The notes: generated by a model from the letters alone, not told the origin. DNA of 64,000 bases from an uncultured Alphaproteobacteria bacterium (GCA_963837025.1 CAWILT010000001.1:273155-337154); one strand, 5' to 3'. Counted from the stretch's first letter, positions 11,036 to 22,088 are shown. Numbers and translations are program-made.

Positions 11036-12307
11036 TTAGCTAACTCTTAAAATGGCGTGCTTTTTCTTGCCCGCTGATAGTTTGGCATAGCCTTCAGCGT
11101 TGATACAATCATGGGTAATAAGTTGCGTTTCACTTTCAATCTTTTCATCATTCAGCTTTGCACCGCCGCCACTAATTAAACGCCGCGCTTCTTTACCCGA
11201 AGCGGCTAAGTCGGCCATCATCCACAATTTAAAGGCGGGGATACCCACATCTAATTCAGCTTGGCTCACAAAAAATTCAGGCAAATCTTCACCTGCGCCG
11301 CCTTGTTCAAATGTTGCCTGTGCTGTTTCATGGGCGAGCTTTGCCGCTTGCGCGCCATGAAGTAACGTGGTGGCTTCGTTAGCTAATCTAATTTTAGCTT
11401 CATTTATATTAGCCCCTTCCAAGGCTCCTAGTTTCGCGATAGACTCTAATGGTAAGTCGGTAAAGAAACGCAGAAAACGCCCCACATCCGCATCTTCCGT
11501 ATTACGCCAAAACTGCCAGTAATCATAAGGTGCTAACATGTCAGCATTTAACCAAACAGCCCCATCCGCAGTTTTGCCCATTTTAGCACCCGAAGATGTA
11601 GTTATTAGCGGGGTGGTAAGACCAAACAATGGCTCTGGCTCTTTATTCTCACGCGCTCTAATCCTGCGTTGAAGTTCCATGCCACCAATAATATTTGCCC
11701 ATTGATCAGAGCCACCCATCTGTAAACGACAATCATAATGATTATACAGTTCGAAAAAATCATACGATTGAAATATCAAATAGTTAAACTCTAAAAAGCT
11801 CATCTCTTGATCGCGTTCTAAGCGTCTCTGCACACTGGTATTTTGAAGCATGCGGTTGACCGAAAAATGCGGCCCAACAAGGCGCATCATTTCGATGAAA
11901 TTCAGGTCTTTCAACCATTCTTCATTATCCACCAAATCAGCATGATCAAAATTGATAAAGCTCTCAAAATTCTGGCGTATGCCTTGTTTATTGGCTTCGA
12001 TAGCTTCATCATCCAGCAATTTACGTGATTCATCTTTGCCACTCGGGTCGCCGATTTTCGTAGTGCCACCGCCCAATAAAATAATAGGCTTGTGGCCGCA
12101 TTGTTGAAACCAGCGCAATGTCATAATTTGTAGTAAACTACCCACATGCAGGCTCTTGGCCGTGCAATCGAACCCAATATAGGCAACACCACTGGTGCCA
12201 GCTTGTTCATGGGCGTGTAAATAGGCATCAAGGCCACTCTCATCGGTTTGTTGATGAATAAAACCGCGAGCTTGCAGCGTAAATAAGAATTTCGATTTGT
12301 AGGTCAT
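11036..12307 (-). CDS. tyrS: tyrosine--tRNA ligase
   Basis: Class I motifs (HVGSLL as a HIGH variant, KMGKTA as KMSKS) and a C-terminal S4-like domain. Start placed at MTYKSKF (ATG is the complement of 12305-12307); the longer track ORF overlaps anmK. Confidence 0.9.
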   Translation of the reverse strand: MTYKSKFLFTLQARGFIHQQTDESGLDAYLHAHEQAGTSGVAYIGFDCTAKSLHVGSLLQIMTLRWFQQCGHKPIILLGGGTTKIGDPSGKDESRKLLDDEAIEANKQGIRQNFESFINFDHADLVDNEEWLKDLNFIEMMRLVGPHFSVNRMLQNTSVQRRLERDQEMSFLEFNYLIFQSYDFFELYNHYDCRLQMGGSDQWANIIGGMELQRRIRARENKEPEPLFGLTTPLITTSSGAKMGKTADGAVWLNADMLAPYDYWQFWRNTEDADVGRFLRFFTDLPLESIAKLGALEGANINEAKIRLANEATTLLHGAQAAKLAHETAQATFEQGGAGEDLPEFFVSQAELDVGIPAFKLWMMADLAASGKEARRLISGGGAKLNDEKIESETQLITHDCINAEGYAKLSAGKKKHAILRVS

Positions 12308-12344
12308 AACGTATCGTTGTAGGCATATTAAAGGAGATTGCAAT

Positions 12345-13415
12345 ATGAACGATACGCCAATGTGGGCCATAGGCTTAATGAGCGGTAGCTCGCTGGATGG
12401 TATTGATGTGGCTGCCATCCTTACCGATGGCGAACAGGTGCTGGAACAAGGCCCATCGCTGACCATAGCTTATACATCTGAAATGCAAGGGCGGCTATTT
12501 CGTGCAGTACATCGCCAATCACCCGATAGGGCGTTATTAGAACATGATATTACGAAATTGCACGCTGAGGCGGTACTAAAGTTGCTGCCGCTTTGCAAAC
12601 ACCCAATTGAAGTAATTGGTTTTCACGGGCAAACGGTTGACCACCGCCCAAAAGAAGGTATCTCAATTCAAATAGGCGATGGAGCCTTATTAGCGCAATT
12701 AACAAACATTGCTGTAGTCAATGATTTCCGTCGAGCTGATATCGCTGCGGGCGGCGAGGGCGCACCATTAGTTCCGCTCTTTCACGCAGCATTAGCTAAA
12801 GGGCTGAAAAAACCTGTAGCAGTTATCAACATTGGCGGTATTGCAAATGTGAGTTGGCTAAGCCCTGATGGGCGCATCGCTGCATTTGATACTGGCCCCG
12901 GCAACGTGCTAATTAACGACTGGGTCAAACAACGTTGCGATGGCATGGAATGCGATTTAGATGGCAAACTGGCCGCTGCAGGCAAAGTAAACCAAGAAAT
13001 TCTCGATTATTATTTGCAGCATCCCTATTTTAGCCAGCCCTATCCCAAGTCGCTTGACCGAAATGCATTTTCGCTTTCACCCGTAGCAAATTTAAGCACC
13101 GAAGATGGCGCAGCAACTCTCACCATGCTCACCGCGCGCACCATTGCATTAGCCGAACAATATTTCCCGGAAAAACCTGAACATTGGATTTTTTGTGGTG
13201 GCGGATGTCATAATAAAACACTCGTAAAACATTTGCGAAATATTTTAACCAATATTTCTACTGCGGCGGAGCAGGGTTGGGATAATGATGGCCTAGAAGC
13301 GCAAGCGTTTGCTTATTTTGCCGTACGACGCTTACAGTTAAAGCCAATAACCTTTCCCGAAACTACCGGCACACCACGCCCCATAGTGGGCGGCGCATTA
13401 CATGTGCCAAGCTAA
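12345..13415 (+). CDS. anmK: anhydro-N-acetylmuramic acid kinase
   Basis: 356 aa. GLMSGSSLDGIDVA N-terminus and the ...NIGGIANV... motif are characteristic of AnmK. Confidence 0.9.
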   Translation: MNDTPMWAIGLMSGSSLDGIDVAAILTDGEQVLEQGPSLTIAYTSEMQGRLFRAVHRQSPDRALLEHDITKLHAEAVLKLLPLCKHPIEVIGFHGQTVDHRPKEGISIQIGDGALLAQLTNIAVVNDFRRADIAAGGEGAPLVPLFHAALAKGLKKPVAVINIGGIANVSWLSPDGRIAAFDTGPGNVLINDWVKQRCDGMECDLDGKLAAAGKVNQEILDYYLQHPYFSQPYPKSLDRNAFSLSPVANLSTEDGAATLTMLTARTIALAEQYFPEKPEHWIFCGGGCHNKTLVKHLRNILTNISTAAEQGWDNDGLEAQAFAYFAVRRLQLKPITFPETTGTPRPIVGGALHVPS

Positions 13416-13444
13416 GTTGCGGTTTAATTATTAGATTAAAAAAC

Positions 13445-14140
13445 CTATTCGCGTGGTAATTGACGGCGGCGCTTATCAGGGGGCTGGCGGCGGCCTGTAA
13501 ATTCAGGGCGGCGGCTTTCCAAATAATCGTAAACAACGCCATTCAGTTCATCGAGTTGATTGCGGAAATAATGATCAGCGCCATCCACTTCCACATAATC
13601 AATCTTCCGTCCTTTTTGCGTCACCACTTTGCCTTTCAACTTTTTAACGGCTTCATGTGGCACAATCTCATCGCGGTTGCCTTGCACAATTAAACCCGAT
13701 GACGGACAAGGCGCAAGGAATGTGAAGTCATATAAATTAGCAGGTGGTGCAACCGTCACAAAGCCTTCAATTTCAGGACGGCGCATTAGCAGTTGCATGG
13801 CAATCCATGCACCAAATGAAAATCCGCCAATCCAACAGGTTGATGCTTCAGGGTTTTGCTGTTGCATCCAATCGAGCGCTGAAGCAGCATCCGATAGCTC
13901 GCCAATGCCCTCATCATACTTACCTTGGCTGCGGCCAACACCCCGAAAGTTAAAGCGCATGACTGAAAAACCTTGCCGCACAAACGCGTGGTACAGATGG
14001 TAAACAATCTTGTTATTCATCGTGCCGCCATAAAGCGGGTGGGGGTGTAATACCAACGCAATAGGCGCGCCTGGTTGGTCAGAATGGTGGTAGCGGGCTT
14101 CAATGCGGCCTTCTGGGCCAGGGATGATAATATCGGGCAT
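13445..14140 (-). CDS. alpha/beta hydrolase (COG2945-like) with basic C-terminal tail
   Basis: 231 aa. HPHPLYGGTMNNK, nucleophile elbow GFSFGA, GADHYF. The tail is RRQPPDKRRRQLPRE. Confidence 0.7.
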   Translation of the reverse strand: MPDIIIPGPEGRIEARYHHSDQPGAPIALVLHPHPLYGGTMNNKIVYHLYHAFVRQGFSVMRFNFRGVGRSQGKYDEGIGELSDAASALDWMQQQNPEASTCWIGGFSFGAWIAMQLLMRRPEIEGFVTVAPPANLYDFTFLAPCPSSGLIVQGNRDEIVPHEAVKKLKGKVVTQKGRKIDYVEVDGADHYFRNQLDELNGVVYDYLESRRPEFTGRRQPPDKRRRQLPRE

Positions 14141-14292
14141 CGTTTTGTTTCAATCGCTTATGCAGTTATCGTTCTTTTTAAATGTTGAGCAAAACAGTAA
14201 GGTTTTGCTGGGAAAGTGGTCAAAAATATGCTATTTGGCCGCTTCAACATTTATTATGGCTTGCTAATTATAGGAAGCGGGAAGAATTTGCA

Positions 14293-15000
14293 ATGTTTAA
14301 GCGCATGAAATCAGATATCAATGCTATCTTCGATCGCGATCCTGCCGCTCGCTCAGCTTTTGAGATTATTTTATGTTACCCAGGCTTTCACGCGGTGCAA
14401 ATTCACCGCCTATCACATTGGTTGTGGAATAGCAGGTTGTATCTGCTAGGCCGTTTTATTTCGCATATTGGCCGTATGCTTACCGCCATTGAAATTCACC
14501 CCGCCGCTCAAATTGGCGAACGTCTATTTATTGATCACGGCTTTGGTGTAGTAATTGGCGAAACCGCAATCATTGGCGATAATGTTACCCTTTATCATGA
14601 TGTAACCTTGGGTGGAACCGCACCTGACAATAAACAAAAAGGCATCAAGCGCCACCCTACATTAGGCAATTATGTGATTGTTGGCGCGGGCGCGCAGTTG
14701 CTTGGCCCTATCACCATTGCTGATGGTGCGCGTATTGGCACCAATGCTGTAGTGGTTCGCGATGTAGAACCTAACGCCGTTATGGTGGGAGTTCCAGCCC
14801 GCCCCGTTAGTGCCGCGAAAGAAAAAGGTGATATGCCATTCGATGCTTACTGCGCAATGTCAGGTAAAGAAGACCCTATTACTAAATCCATACAAGAAAT
14901 GCATGTTGAGATGCGTAACTTACAAAAACGTTTGCAGTCGCTTGAGACCATGCTTGGCGATAGCGATATTGAATCACTCAGTCGCTGGGAAGTGCATTGA
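14293..15000 (+). CDS. cysE: serine O-acetyltransferase
   Basis: DRDPAARS N-terminal motif plus hexapeptide repeats ([29 protein letters not shown]). Start chosen at MFKRMKSD (ATG 14293). Confidence 0.85.
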   Translation: MFKRMKSDINAIFDRDPAARSAFEIILCYPGFHAVQIHRLSHWLWNSRLYLLGRFISHIGRMLTAIEIHPAAQIGERLFIDHGFGVVIGETAIIGDNVTLYHDVTLGGTAPDNKQKGIKRHPTLGNYVIVGAGAQLLGPITIADGARIGTNAVVVRDVEPNAVMVGVPARPVSAAKEKGDMPFDAYCAMSGKEDPITKSIQEMHVEMRNLQKRLQSLETMLGDSDIESLSRWEVH

Positions 15001-15003
15001 TAG

Positions 15004-15447
15004 ATGATACTCACCACGAAAGCCCGATATGCCGTAATGGCCATGGTTGATTTAGCATTAGCCGACAGTGCAACACCGCAAAAACTCCCCGAAATAGCCG
15101 CTAGGCAGGAGCTTCCATTGGCGTATTTAGAGCAGTTATTTCCTAAATTGCGTAAAGCGGAGCTTGTAAAATCCGTGCGTGGCCCCAGTGGCGGCTATAT
15201 ATTAGCGCATGATGTGGCGCAAATCACTATCTTAGCTATCGTCGAAGCCGTAGATGAATCGCTCAAAATGACGCGATGTGATGGCGATGTAAAAAGTGGC
15301 TGTATGGTGAAATCATCACGCTGTTTAACCCATGCTTTATGGAAAGGCTTAGGTAAGCAAATTAGCGAATATTTAAGCAGTGTAACACTTGGTAGCTTAA
15401 CGCAAGGATCACGCGCGTTGCAGCAAATGGAAGAGATGAGTCTTTAA
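15004..15447 (+). CDS. iscR: Rrf2-family regulator, IscR-like
   Basis: 147 aa. MILTTKARYAVMAMVDLA wHTH, Cys cluster (C..C.....C), and position at the head of the isc cluster. Confidence 0.8.
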   Translation: MILTTKARYAVMAMVDLALADSATPQKLPEIAARQELPLAYLEQLFPKLRKAELVKSVRGPSGGYILAHDVAQITILAIVEAVDESLKMTRCDGDVKSGCMVKSSRCLTHALWKGLGKQISEYLSSVTLGSLTQGSRALQQMEEMSL

Positions 15448-15449
15448 AT

Positions 15450-16556
15450 ATGCACGCACCCATATATTTAGATTATAATGCAACATCGCCACTATTGCCT
15501 CTTGTAAAGCAAAGGATGAACGAGCTTGAAGGCTTGCCCCTCAATGCATCATCTGTGCATAATCATGGCCGTCAAGCTAAGCAAATTTTAGAAAATTCAC
15601 GCGGAACAATTGCCAATTTTATATCAGCATGGGCGGATGAAGTTATTTTTACCGCTAATGGAACCGAAGCCAACAATATGGCATTAAAAGGCATCCCCAA
15701 TCGCATATTAATGGTTGGCAACACGGAACATTCCTCTATCCACGAAATTGGTAAGAATACGCAAAATGCTATTCTGTTGCCCGTGTTAAATAACGGGTTG
15801 TTGGATATGAATGCGCTGGAAATGCATCTTAAACAACATAAAGGCAATGTGTTGGTATCTGTTATGTTGGTTAACAACGAAACAGGCGTAATTCAACCCA
15901 TACGCGAGATTGCAACTTTAGTGCATCAATATAATGGCTTAATGCATTGCGATGCCGTGCAAGCAATTGGCAAATTGCAATTTGACTTCACAACGCTAGG
16001 CGTTGATATGCTAACCATAGCCGCGCATAAAGTAGGCGGCCCAGTTGGGGTAGGGGCGCTCATTATTAAAAATTCCGTGCAGCTGAACCCATTCATGCAA
16101 GGAGGTGGCCAAGAAAAACGTCGTCGCGCGGGAACGGAAAATATTGCGGCAATAGCGGGCTTTGCTACGCTACTCGATAATCTACCGAATCTTAGTTTTT
16201 TACTGTCTTATCGTCAGCGCCTCGAAACCGAAATGAAGCAAATTTCACCATCTTCAATCATCGTTAGTGAGCATGCTGACCGTGTAGATAACACCACAAC
16301 ACTCATTACCGAAAATCTAACAAGCGAATTGCAGTTAATGCGACTGGATCTTGAAGGTATATGTGTGAGTGCAGGTTCTGCATGTTCATCTGGACGCATT
16401 GAGCCTAGTCATGTTTTGATGGCAATGGGTTTCAGCAAGCAGCAGGCTTCATGTGCATTACGCATTTCAATGGGGCATGCTACCCAAAGCTATGAAGTTG
16501 ATGCATTAATAAAAGCATGGCAAAAGCTAGTTGCGAACCAGTCGCAAGCCGCATAA
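15450..16556 (+). CDS. cysteine desulfurase, NifS-like paralogue
   Basis: 368 aa class V aminotransferase. Has AAHKVGGP (PLP lysine) and the SAGSACSSG active-site Cys loop. Confidence 0.85.
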   Translation: MHAPIYLDYNATSPLLPLVKQRMNELEGLPLNASSVHNHGRQAKQILENSRGTIANFISAWADEVIFTANGTEANNMALKGIPNRILMVGNTEHSSIHEIGKNTQNAILLPVLNNGLLDMNALEMHLKQHKGNVLVSVMLVNNETGVIQPIREIATLVHQYNGLMHCDAVQAIGKLQFDFTTLGVDMLTIAAHKVGGPVGVGALIIKNSVQLNPFMQGGGQEKRRRAGTENIAAIAGFATLLDNLPNLSFLLSYRQRLETEMKQISPSSIIVSEHADRVDNTTTLITENLTSELQLMRLDLEGICVSAGSACSSGRIEPSHVLMAMGFSKQQASCALRISMGHATQSYEVDALIKAWQKLVANQSQAA

Positions 16557-16642
16557 ATGCTGGATTTACCCTTGTAATCGCAAGTCAAAAACGCTATATG
16601 ATAGATAGAAGCTGACTAAATTAGTAAGGTATAGAAAATTTC

Positions 16643-17902
16643 ATGACTAACGTACTTAACATTGCACGTGAAATGCCCATCAAAGATGGCATCCGTTTTC
16701 CTATTTATTTGGACAATCAGGCCACTACGCCAATGGATGAGCGCGTGCTTGAAAAAATGATGCCTTATTTCACAGAAAAATTTGGTAACCCACACTCACG
16801 CAGCCATTCCTATGGCTGGGAAACTGAGGCAGCTATTGAATTGGCCCGCGAGCAAGTGGCCGAATTAATTGGCGCTAATCCAAAAGAAATCGTGTTTACT
16901 TCTGGCGCTACTGAAGCAAACAATATTGCAATCAAAGGCGTTGCCGAATTTTATGGTTCAAAGAAAAAACATATTATCACTCCACAAACCGAGCATAAAT
17001 GCGTGCTTGAAAGCTGCCGTTATTTAGAGCAGCAGGGTTTCGATATTACTTATCTACCCGTGCAAAAAGATGGGTTAGTAAATTTAGATGAACTAAAAGC
17101 TGCCATGCGCCCAGATACATTAATGGTTTCCATCATGATGGTGAATAATGAAATTGGCGTCATTCAACCCATGGCAGAAATTGGCCAAATGTGCCGCGAT
17201 AATGGCACATTCTTCCATACCGATGCAGCACAATCTTTCGGCAAAATGCCCATTGATGTTGAGGCCATGAATATCGATTTAATGAGTATTTCCGGTCATA
17301 AAATTTATGGCCCTAAAGGTATTGGAGCATTATTTGTGCGCCGTCGCCCACGTGTACGCATTAAATCTATTCTATCGGGTGGCGGGCAGGAGCGGGGCTT
17401 TCGTTCAGGCACCTTACCCACTCCAATGGTGGTGGGTTTAGGCGAAGCAGCGCGCATTGCAAAATTGGAAATGGAAAAAGATACTAAACACGTCAAGAAA
17501 ATTTCTGACTATTTTATGAAAGAAATTCTCGATAATGTGCCCGATGTTTACCTTAATGGTCATCGCGAAAAACGTATTGCTGGCAATTTAAATATAAGCT
17601 TCGCTTATATTGAAGGTGAAAGCATGATTATGGCACTTAAAGAGCTTGCTGTTTCATCCGGTTCGGCTTGTACTTCAGCTTCTTTAGAGCCATCCTATGT
17701 TTTACGTGCCATTGGGGTTGGCGAAGATTTAGCACATACTTCCATCCGTTTTGGCTTCGGGCGTTTTACTACCATGGCTGAGGTAGAATATGCGGTGGAA
17801 TTAATTAAGAACAGCATTAATCATTTGCGTGAAATGAGCCCGCTATGGGAAATGGCGCAAGAGGGAATCGACATTAACAGCATTGAGTGGGCAGCCCACT
17901 AA
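16643..17902 (+). CDS. iscS: cysteine desulfurase IscS
   Basis: 419 aa. [15 protein letters not shown] site, [19 protein letters not shown] active-site loop, and an IscS-type C-terminus. Confidence 0.9.
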   Translation: MTNVLNIAREMPIKDGIRFPIYLDNQATTPMDERVLEKMMPYFTEKFGNPHSRSHSYGWETEAAIELAREQVAELIGANPKEIVFTSGATEANNIAIKGVAEFYGSKKKHIITPQTEHKCVLESCRYLEQQGFDITYLPVQKDGLVNLDELKAAMRPDTLMVSIMMVNNEIGVIQPMAEIGQMCRDNGTFFHTDAAQSFGKMPIDVEAMNIDLMSISGHKIYGPKGIGALFVRRRPRVRIKSILSGGGQERGFRSGTLPTPMVVGLGEAARIAKLEMEKDTKHVKKISDYFMKEILDNVPDVYLNGHREKRIAGNLNISFAYIEGESMIMALKELAVSSGSACTSASLEPSYVLRAIGVGEDLAHTSIRFGFGRFTTMAEVEYAVELIKNSINHLREMSPLWEMAQEGIDINSIEWAAH

Positions 17903-17913
17903 GGAGAATTACC

Positions 17914-18309
17914 ATGGCTTATAGCGAAAAAGTAGTCGACCATTATGAAAACCCACGCAATGTGGGCGCAATGGATAAAGCTGATGCCTCAGTTGGCACG
18001 GGCTTAGTAGGCGCGCCAGCCTGTGGCGACGTAATGAAATTGCAAATCAAAGTAGGTGCTAATGGCATTATTGAAGATGCAAAATTTAAAACTTTTGGTT
18101 GTGGTTCGGCCATCGCATCCAGCTCACTCATTACTGAATGGGTAAAAGGCAAATCTCTGGATGATGCGGCAAAAATTAAAAATACTGAAATTGCCCAAGA
18201 ATTGGCCTTACCACCTGTTAAAATACATTGCTCCGTATTGGCGGAAGATGCAATTAAAGCAGCCGTGCATGACTACCGCGAGAAGAATACTAAAGGCGCT
18301 GCGGCTTAA
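17914..18309 (+). CDS. iscU: Fe-S cluster scaffold IscU
   Basis: MAYSEKVVDHYENPRNVG...GAPACGDVMKLQ...FKTFGCGSAIASSS...KIHCSVLAEDA. AAGGAG RBS lies 8 nt upstream of ATG 17914. Confidence 0.92.
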   Translation: MAYSEKVVDHYENPRNVGAMDKADASVGTGLVGAPACGDVMKLQIKVGANGIIEDAKFKTFGCGSAIASSSLITEWVKGKSLDDAAKIKNTEIAQELALPPVKIHCSVLAEDAIKAAVHDYREKNTKGAAA

Positions 18310-18321
18310 AGGCTTTATATT

Positions 18322-18660
18322 ATGGCGCTACCGGCTCCCATCACCATTACTCCCAAAGCGATTGAGCAAATTAAAGGTTTGCTGGCAGGTCGCGGCAAGC
18401 CATCAGCAGGAATCAAAATTGGCGTAAAAACAGCAGGGTGTTCTGGTTTATCTTATGCGCTAGAATTTGCTGATGAGGTTGGAAAGTTCGATGATGTAGT
18501 CGAGGCGGATGGTGTAAAAGTGTTGATTGACCCTAAAGCAATCATGTTTATTTTAGGTACTCAAATGGACTTTAAAGAAGATAAGCTAGAATCTGGCTTT
18601 ACCTTCACCAATCCCAACGAAAAGGGCCGCTGCGGCTGTGGCGAAAGCTTCCATGTCTAA
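18322..18660 (+). CDS. iscA: Fe-S cluster insertion protein IscA
   Basis: 112 aa. GCSGLSY ... and a C-terminal CGCGESF motif. Confidence 0.9.
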   Translation: MALPAPITITPKAIEQIKGLLAGRGKPSAGIKIGVKTAGCSGLSYALEFADEVGKFDDVVEADGVKVLIDPKAIMFILGTQMDFKEDKLESGFTFTNPNEKGRCGCGESFHV

Positions 18661-19189
18661 TCTTTCTACAATGCCAAAATCAGACTTTAAATCCTATCCC
18701 ATTCCTAGAAATGAAGAAGCGCGCTTAGCTTTTTTAAACAAAACAGGACTTCTATATGCTAAAGAAGAGCCTATTTTCAATCGTGTCATACGCCTAGCCA
18801 GCACGCATTTTGATGTGCCCGTGGTGTTGGTTACTGTTATTGGCAAAGATAAGCAATTTATAAAAGCTAAACGTGGCACCGACTATATTGAGATGCCACG
18901 TGAAGATGCGTTTTGTGCCCATGCCATTATAAATAATTCCAACATGGTTATTTTAGATGCCCGTAAAGATGAGCGGTTTAAAGATAATCCAATGGTGAGT
19001 GGTAGCGATAACATTCTATTCTACGCTGGCGCGCCCATTATTTTAGATGATCAAATAATTATCGGTACAGTTTGTTTAATAGACACTAAAGCGCATACTG
19101 AATTTTCGAAAACAGATGAGATGATGTTAAGAGATTTAGCTTCACTCACAGCAGATACTATTTTACTCAATTATCAAAACCAAGATTAA
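18638..19189 (+). CDS. GAF-domain protein
   Basis: 183 aa. FCAHAI...ILDARKDERFKDNPMVSG...ILFYAGAPI matches the common bacterial GAF pattern. The true start may be ATG 18653, which overlaps the iscA stop. Confidence 0.6.
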   Translation: MAKASMSNLSTMPKSDFKSYPIPRNEEARLAFLNKTGLLYAKEEPIFNRVIRLASTHFDVPVVLVTVIGKDKQFIKAKRGTDYIEMPREDAFCAHAIINNSNMVILDARKDERFKDNPMVSGSDNILFYAGAPIILDDQIIIGTVCLIDTKAHTEFSKTDEMMLRDLASLTADTILLNYQNQD

Positions 19190-19686
19190 TGCAAAATTAC
19201 TTTCACTTATTATCCCTGCCAATTCAATTCACTCTTGATAAAGCTGCTTTGCGTCAAGCTGCAATCAGCCAACAACAGTTTTTTCACCCCGACAAACAAA
19301 TCGGCAAATCAGATATTGAGCGCCAGAAGGCGGCATTACAGTCGGCTACAATCAACGATGCTCTTACTGTTTTAGAGGATGATTATTCACGCGCGGCACA
19401 TCTTTTAGCTTTAAAAGACATTTATATACATGGTGATAATGCCACCGTTAAACCAAATTCCTCGCTTTTAATGGAAGTGATGGAAATAAACGAATCGATA
19501 GAGCAGGGCGAAGTGCAAGATTTGCAAATTGAATTGCAGCAACAACAACAAAAAATAATTGAACAACTAACAGCTGATTTTAACCAATCTAATTTCTCCG
19601 CGGCGGCGCAGAATACATTGCGGTTGCGCTATTTTGAGAAATCTCTTGAACAAATCCAACAAAAACTTCGGTTAAAAGCCTCATGA
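19189..19686 (+). CDS. hscB: Fe-S co-chaperone HscB
   Basis: 165 aa. J-domain-like N-terminus with FHPDK, then a C-terminal helical domain. Position between iscA and hscA. Confidence 0.8.
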   Translation: MQNYFHLLSLPIQFTLDKAALRQAAISQQQFFHPDKQIGKSDIERQKAALQSATINDALTVLEDDYSRAAHLLALKDIYIHGDNATVKPNSSLLMEVMEINESIEQGEVQDLQIELQQQQQKIIEQLTADFNQSNFSAAAQNTLRLRYFEKSLEQIQQKLRLKAS

Positions 19687-21380
19687 GTCTATTACAAATA
19701 CATGAGCCTGGACAAACCCCAGCACCGCATGCCAATGATATAAAGTATGCTATTGGAATTGATTTAGGTACAACACACAGCGTGGTGTGCTATGTCGATA
19801 CGCATGATGAAATTCAATTTATTGCCGATGCACAAGGAGATGTCTTACACCCATCTGTAGTAGCATATAATGATGATATTACAGTTGGAAAAGCTGCAAT
19901 GCTTACACCCAATGCAATCCATTCTATAAAACGCCAAATGGCCGATAATGCCGGTGTAATGGTGGGCGATAGTAAAACTCCTGTTGAAATTTCGGCAGAT
20001 ATTCTAAGTCATTTGAAAAATTTAGCAGAAATTGAATTTGAATATGAAGTAACTCAAGCCGTAATTACCGTGCCTGCCTATTTTGATGATGCTGCACGCA
20101 CTGCCACGCGTGATGCGGCTAGGCTGGCCGGATTAGAAGTGCTTCGCTTAGTCAATGAACCTACCGCCGCAGCGCTCGCCTATGGTCTTGATGCCCAAGC
20201 TGAAGGTATCTATGCCATATATGATTTAGGTGGCGGCACATTCGACATTTCCATTCTGCGTATGCAAAAAGGCGTATTTCAGGTGCTCTCAACCCATGGT
20301 GATGTTGCATTAGGCGGCGATGATTTTGATGCAGCAATTGCACAAAAACTTTCTGTCTCTAAAACTAAAGCACGCGCAATTAAAGAGAGTCTTTCCATTA
20401 CATCAAACGCGCATGGGCTGAATATATCCGAATTTGAATCCCTTATAGAACCCTTAATTTCCAAAACGATTTCGGGCTGCGAACAAGCTGTAAGCGATGC
20501 AAAATTGAATTTGAGTGATATTAAAGGTGTAGTAATGGTAGGCGGATCTACGCGCGTGCCAGCAGTACAGCAAGCGGTAGCAAATTATTTTGGCACGCGC
20601 CCACTTACTAATATCGATCCCGATAAAGTAGTGGCAATGGGCGCAGGCCTGCAAGCTAAAGCACTAACCCAAGGCAGCGATACATTATTGCTAGATGTTA
20701 CTCCACTATCGCTTGGGCTAGAAACGATGGGCGGTTTAGTAGAAAAAGTAATTCACCGTAACAGCCCCATCCCTGTTTCAGCAAAGCAAGAATTTACTAC
20801 TTATCAAGATGGCCAAACCGCTATGCTTATTCATGTTCTGCAAGGCGAGCGTGAGATGGTGGATCAATGCCGATCATTGGCTAAATTTACATTAAATAAT
20901 ATTCCGCCCATGGCCGCAGGTTTAGCCCGCATTGACGTCACCTTTACGGTTGATGCGGATGGTTTATTAAGCGTGAGCGCTAAAGAACAAACTACAGGCA
21001 CCCATCAAACGATTGAAGTGAAACCAAGCTATGGTATGGCTCCTGAACAGATTGAGAAAATGCTCTATGATTCAATGCAACATGCGCGCGCCGATATTGG
21101 TTTGCGTCTGTTAGTTGAAGCAAAGGTTGAAGCAGAGCGCTTAATTTACGACCTAAATCTTGCCATTAAAAATTCAAATGATTTATTAACAGATTCTGAA
21201 AAAGCCGAACTCGATGATGCGATTAGTGCATTACAATCCACATTAAATGCTGACAATCGTGATGCGATTGATGCGGCGCATAAACAATTAGGGCAGCGCG
21301 CGCACCCTTTCGCGCAAAGAAGAATGGACAGTGCAATAGGCAATGCGCTAAAACACAAAAAAATTGATGAGTTAGGATAA
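19683..21380 (+). CDS. hscA: Fe-S chaperone HscA (Hsp70 family)
   Basis: 565 aa. [21 protein letters not shown] and VGGSTRVP are Hsp70 ATPase motifs. Confidence 0.9.
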   Translation: MSLLQIHEPGQTPAPHANDIKYAIGIDLGTTHSVVCYVDTHDEIQFIADAQGDVLHPSVVAYNDDITVGKAAMLTPNAIHSIKRQMADNAGVMVGDSKTPVEISADILSHLKNLAEIEFEYEVTQAVITVPAYFDDAARTATRDAARLAGLEVLRLVNEPTAAALAYGLDAQAEGIYAIYDLGGGTFDISILRMQKGVFQVLSTHGDVALGGDDFDAAIAQKLSVSKTKARAIKESLSITSNAHGLNISEFESLIEPLISKTISGCEQAVSDAKLNLSDIKGVVMVGGSTRVPAVQQAVANYFGTRPLTNIDPDKVVAMGAGLQAKALTQGSDTLLLDVTPLSLGLETMGGLVEKVIHRNSPIPVSAKQEFTTYQDGQTAMLIHVLQGEREMVDQCRSLAKFTLNNIPPMAAGLARIDVTFTVDADGLLSVSAKEQTTGTHQTIEVKPSYGMAPEQIEKMLYDSMQHARADIGLRLLVEAKVEAERLIYDLNLAIKNSNDLLTDSEKAELDDAISALQSTLNADNRDAIDAAHKQLGQRAHPFAQRRMDSAIGNALKHKKIDELG

Positions 21381-21384
21381 GAAA

Positions 21385-21717
21385 ATGCCCAAAGTTACCT
21401 TCATATTAAGTGATGATACGGAAAAAACGATAGATGCCCCTAATGGCCAATCGGTTTTGGAAGTGGCACATCACAACCAAATTCCGCTAGAAGGCGCCTG
21501 TGAAGGCTCGCTGGCTTGCTCAACTTGCCATGTAATTGTGGATGATGCTTTTTTCGATGAGCTAAAAGAACCAACCGAAGATGAAGAAGATATGCTTGAC
21601 TTAGCCTTCGGTTTGACTGAAACTTCACGTTTAGGTTGTCAAATCATCATGTCAGATGCGCTAGATGGCTTACGCGTAAAAATCCCCAGTGGCACACGAA
21701 ATATGCAGGTATCTTAA
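21385..21717 (+). CDS. fdx: [2Fe-2S] ferredoxin (adrenodoxin type)
   Basis: 110 aa. [12 protein letters not shown] ... RLGCQI cysteine ligand pattern. Confidence 0.9.
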   Translation: MPKVTFILSDDTEKTIDAPNGQSVLEVAHHNQIPLEGACEGSLACSTCHVIVDDAFFDELKEPTEDEEDMLDLAFGLTETSRLGCQIIMSDALDGLRVKIPSGTRNMQVS

Positions 21718-21719
21718 AT

Positions 21720-22088
21720 ATGAAAAAACTTACACTCCTTTCCTTACCCTTAATACTGGCCGCTTGTGCCACTACCCCCTACGCATTAGATGTGCACGCA
21801 ACGGATGGCGCATCTTACAGCGCAAAAGGCACTGTAATTTCAGTTGAACAAGATGGCGATTTTGTTTTGGAAACCCAAGGCAAGATGCTTTTCGTGGATG
21901 TAGAAAAAGGCACCCCGAGCGTAGAGCTTGGGGACAGACTTATCGTTTCAGGCGAAATTGATAACGATGATGAAAGCGAAGCTCCTGAGTTAGATGCAAA
22001 ACAGATTGAAGAATGGTCACACGGTCATGAAACCCACGGGCATGATGGGCATGATCCGCATTCTGAACATCCGCATCACAGCAAATAA
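21720..22088 (+). CDS. lipoprotein, YgiW/BOF-like OB-fold with His-rich tail
   Basis: Start at MKKLTLLSLPLILAAC (lipobox LAAC; ATG 21720 lies 2 nt after the fdx stop). The core DGDFVLETQGKMLFVDVEKG...GDRLIVSGEIDND resembles BOF/YgiW. The tail is HGHETHGHDGHDPHSEHPHH. Confidence 0.55.
   Translation: MKKLTLLSLPLILAACATTPYALDVHATDGASYSAKGTVISVEQDGDFVLETQGKMLFVDVEKGTPSVELGDRLIVSGEIDNDDESEAPELDAKQIEEWSHGHETHGHDGHDPHSEHPHHSK

Noticed and set aside
11036-12466. Long N-terminal extensions in track ORFs: tyrS 476 aa, polA 950 aa (41380), cysE (14182), iscU (17887), mutM (51699), NMO (44192), bcp (to 4083) and the lipoprotein (21636).
   Set aside because: The extensions overlap neighbouring genes or lack homology-like sequence. 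Internal ATGs give canonical N-termini (e.g. MPELPEVE, MAYSEKVVDHYENPRNVG, MSAPKRLTLIDGSGF), some with visible RBSs.
15450-17902. Two tandem cysteine desulfurase genes, considered as a possible unusual duplication.
   Set aside because: A NifS-like paralogue preceding iscS is, as far as I recall, a common arrangement in alphaproteobacterial isc clusters. The two proteins are clearly divergent, so this is not a recent duplication.
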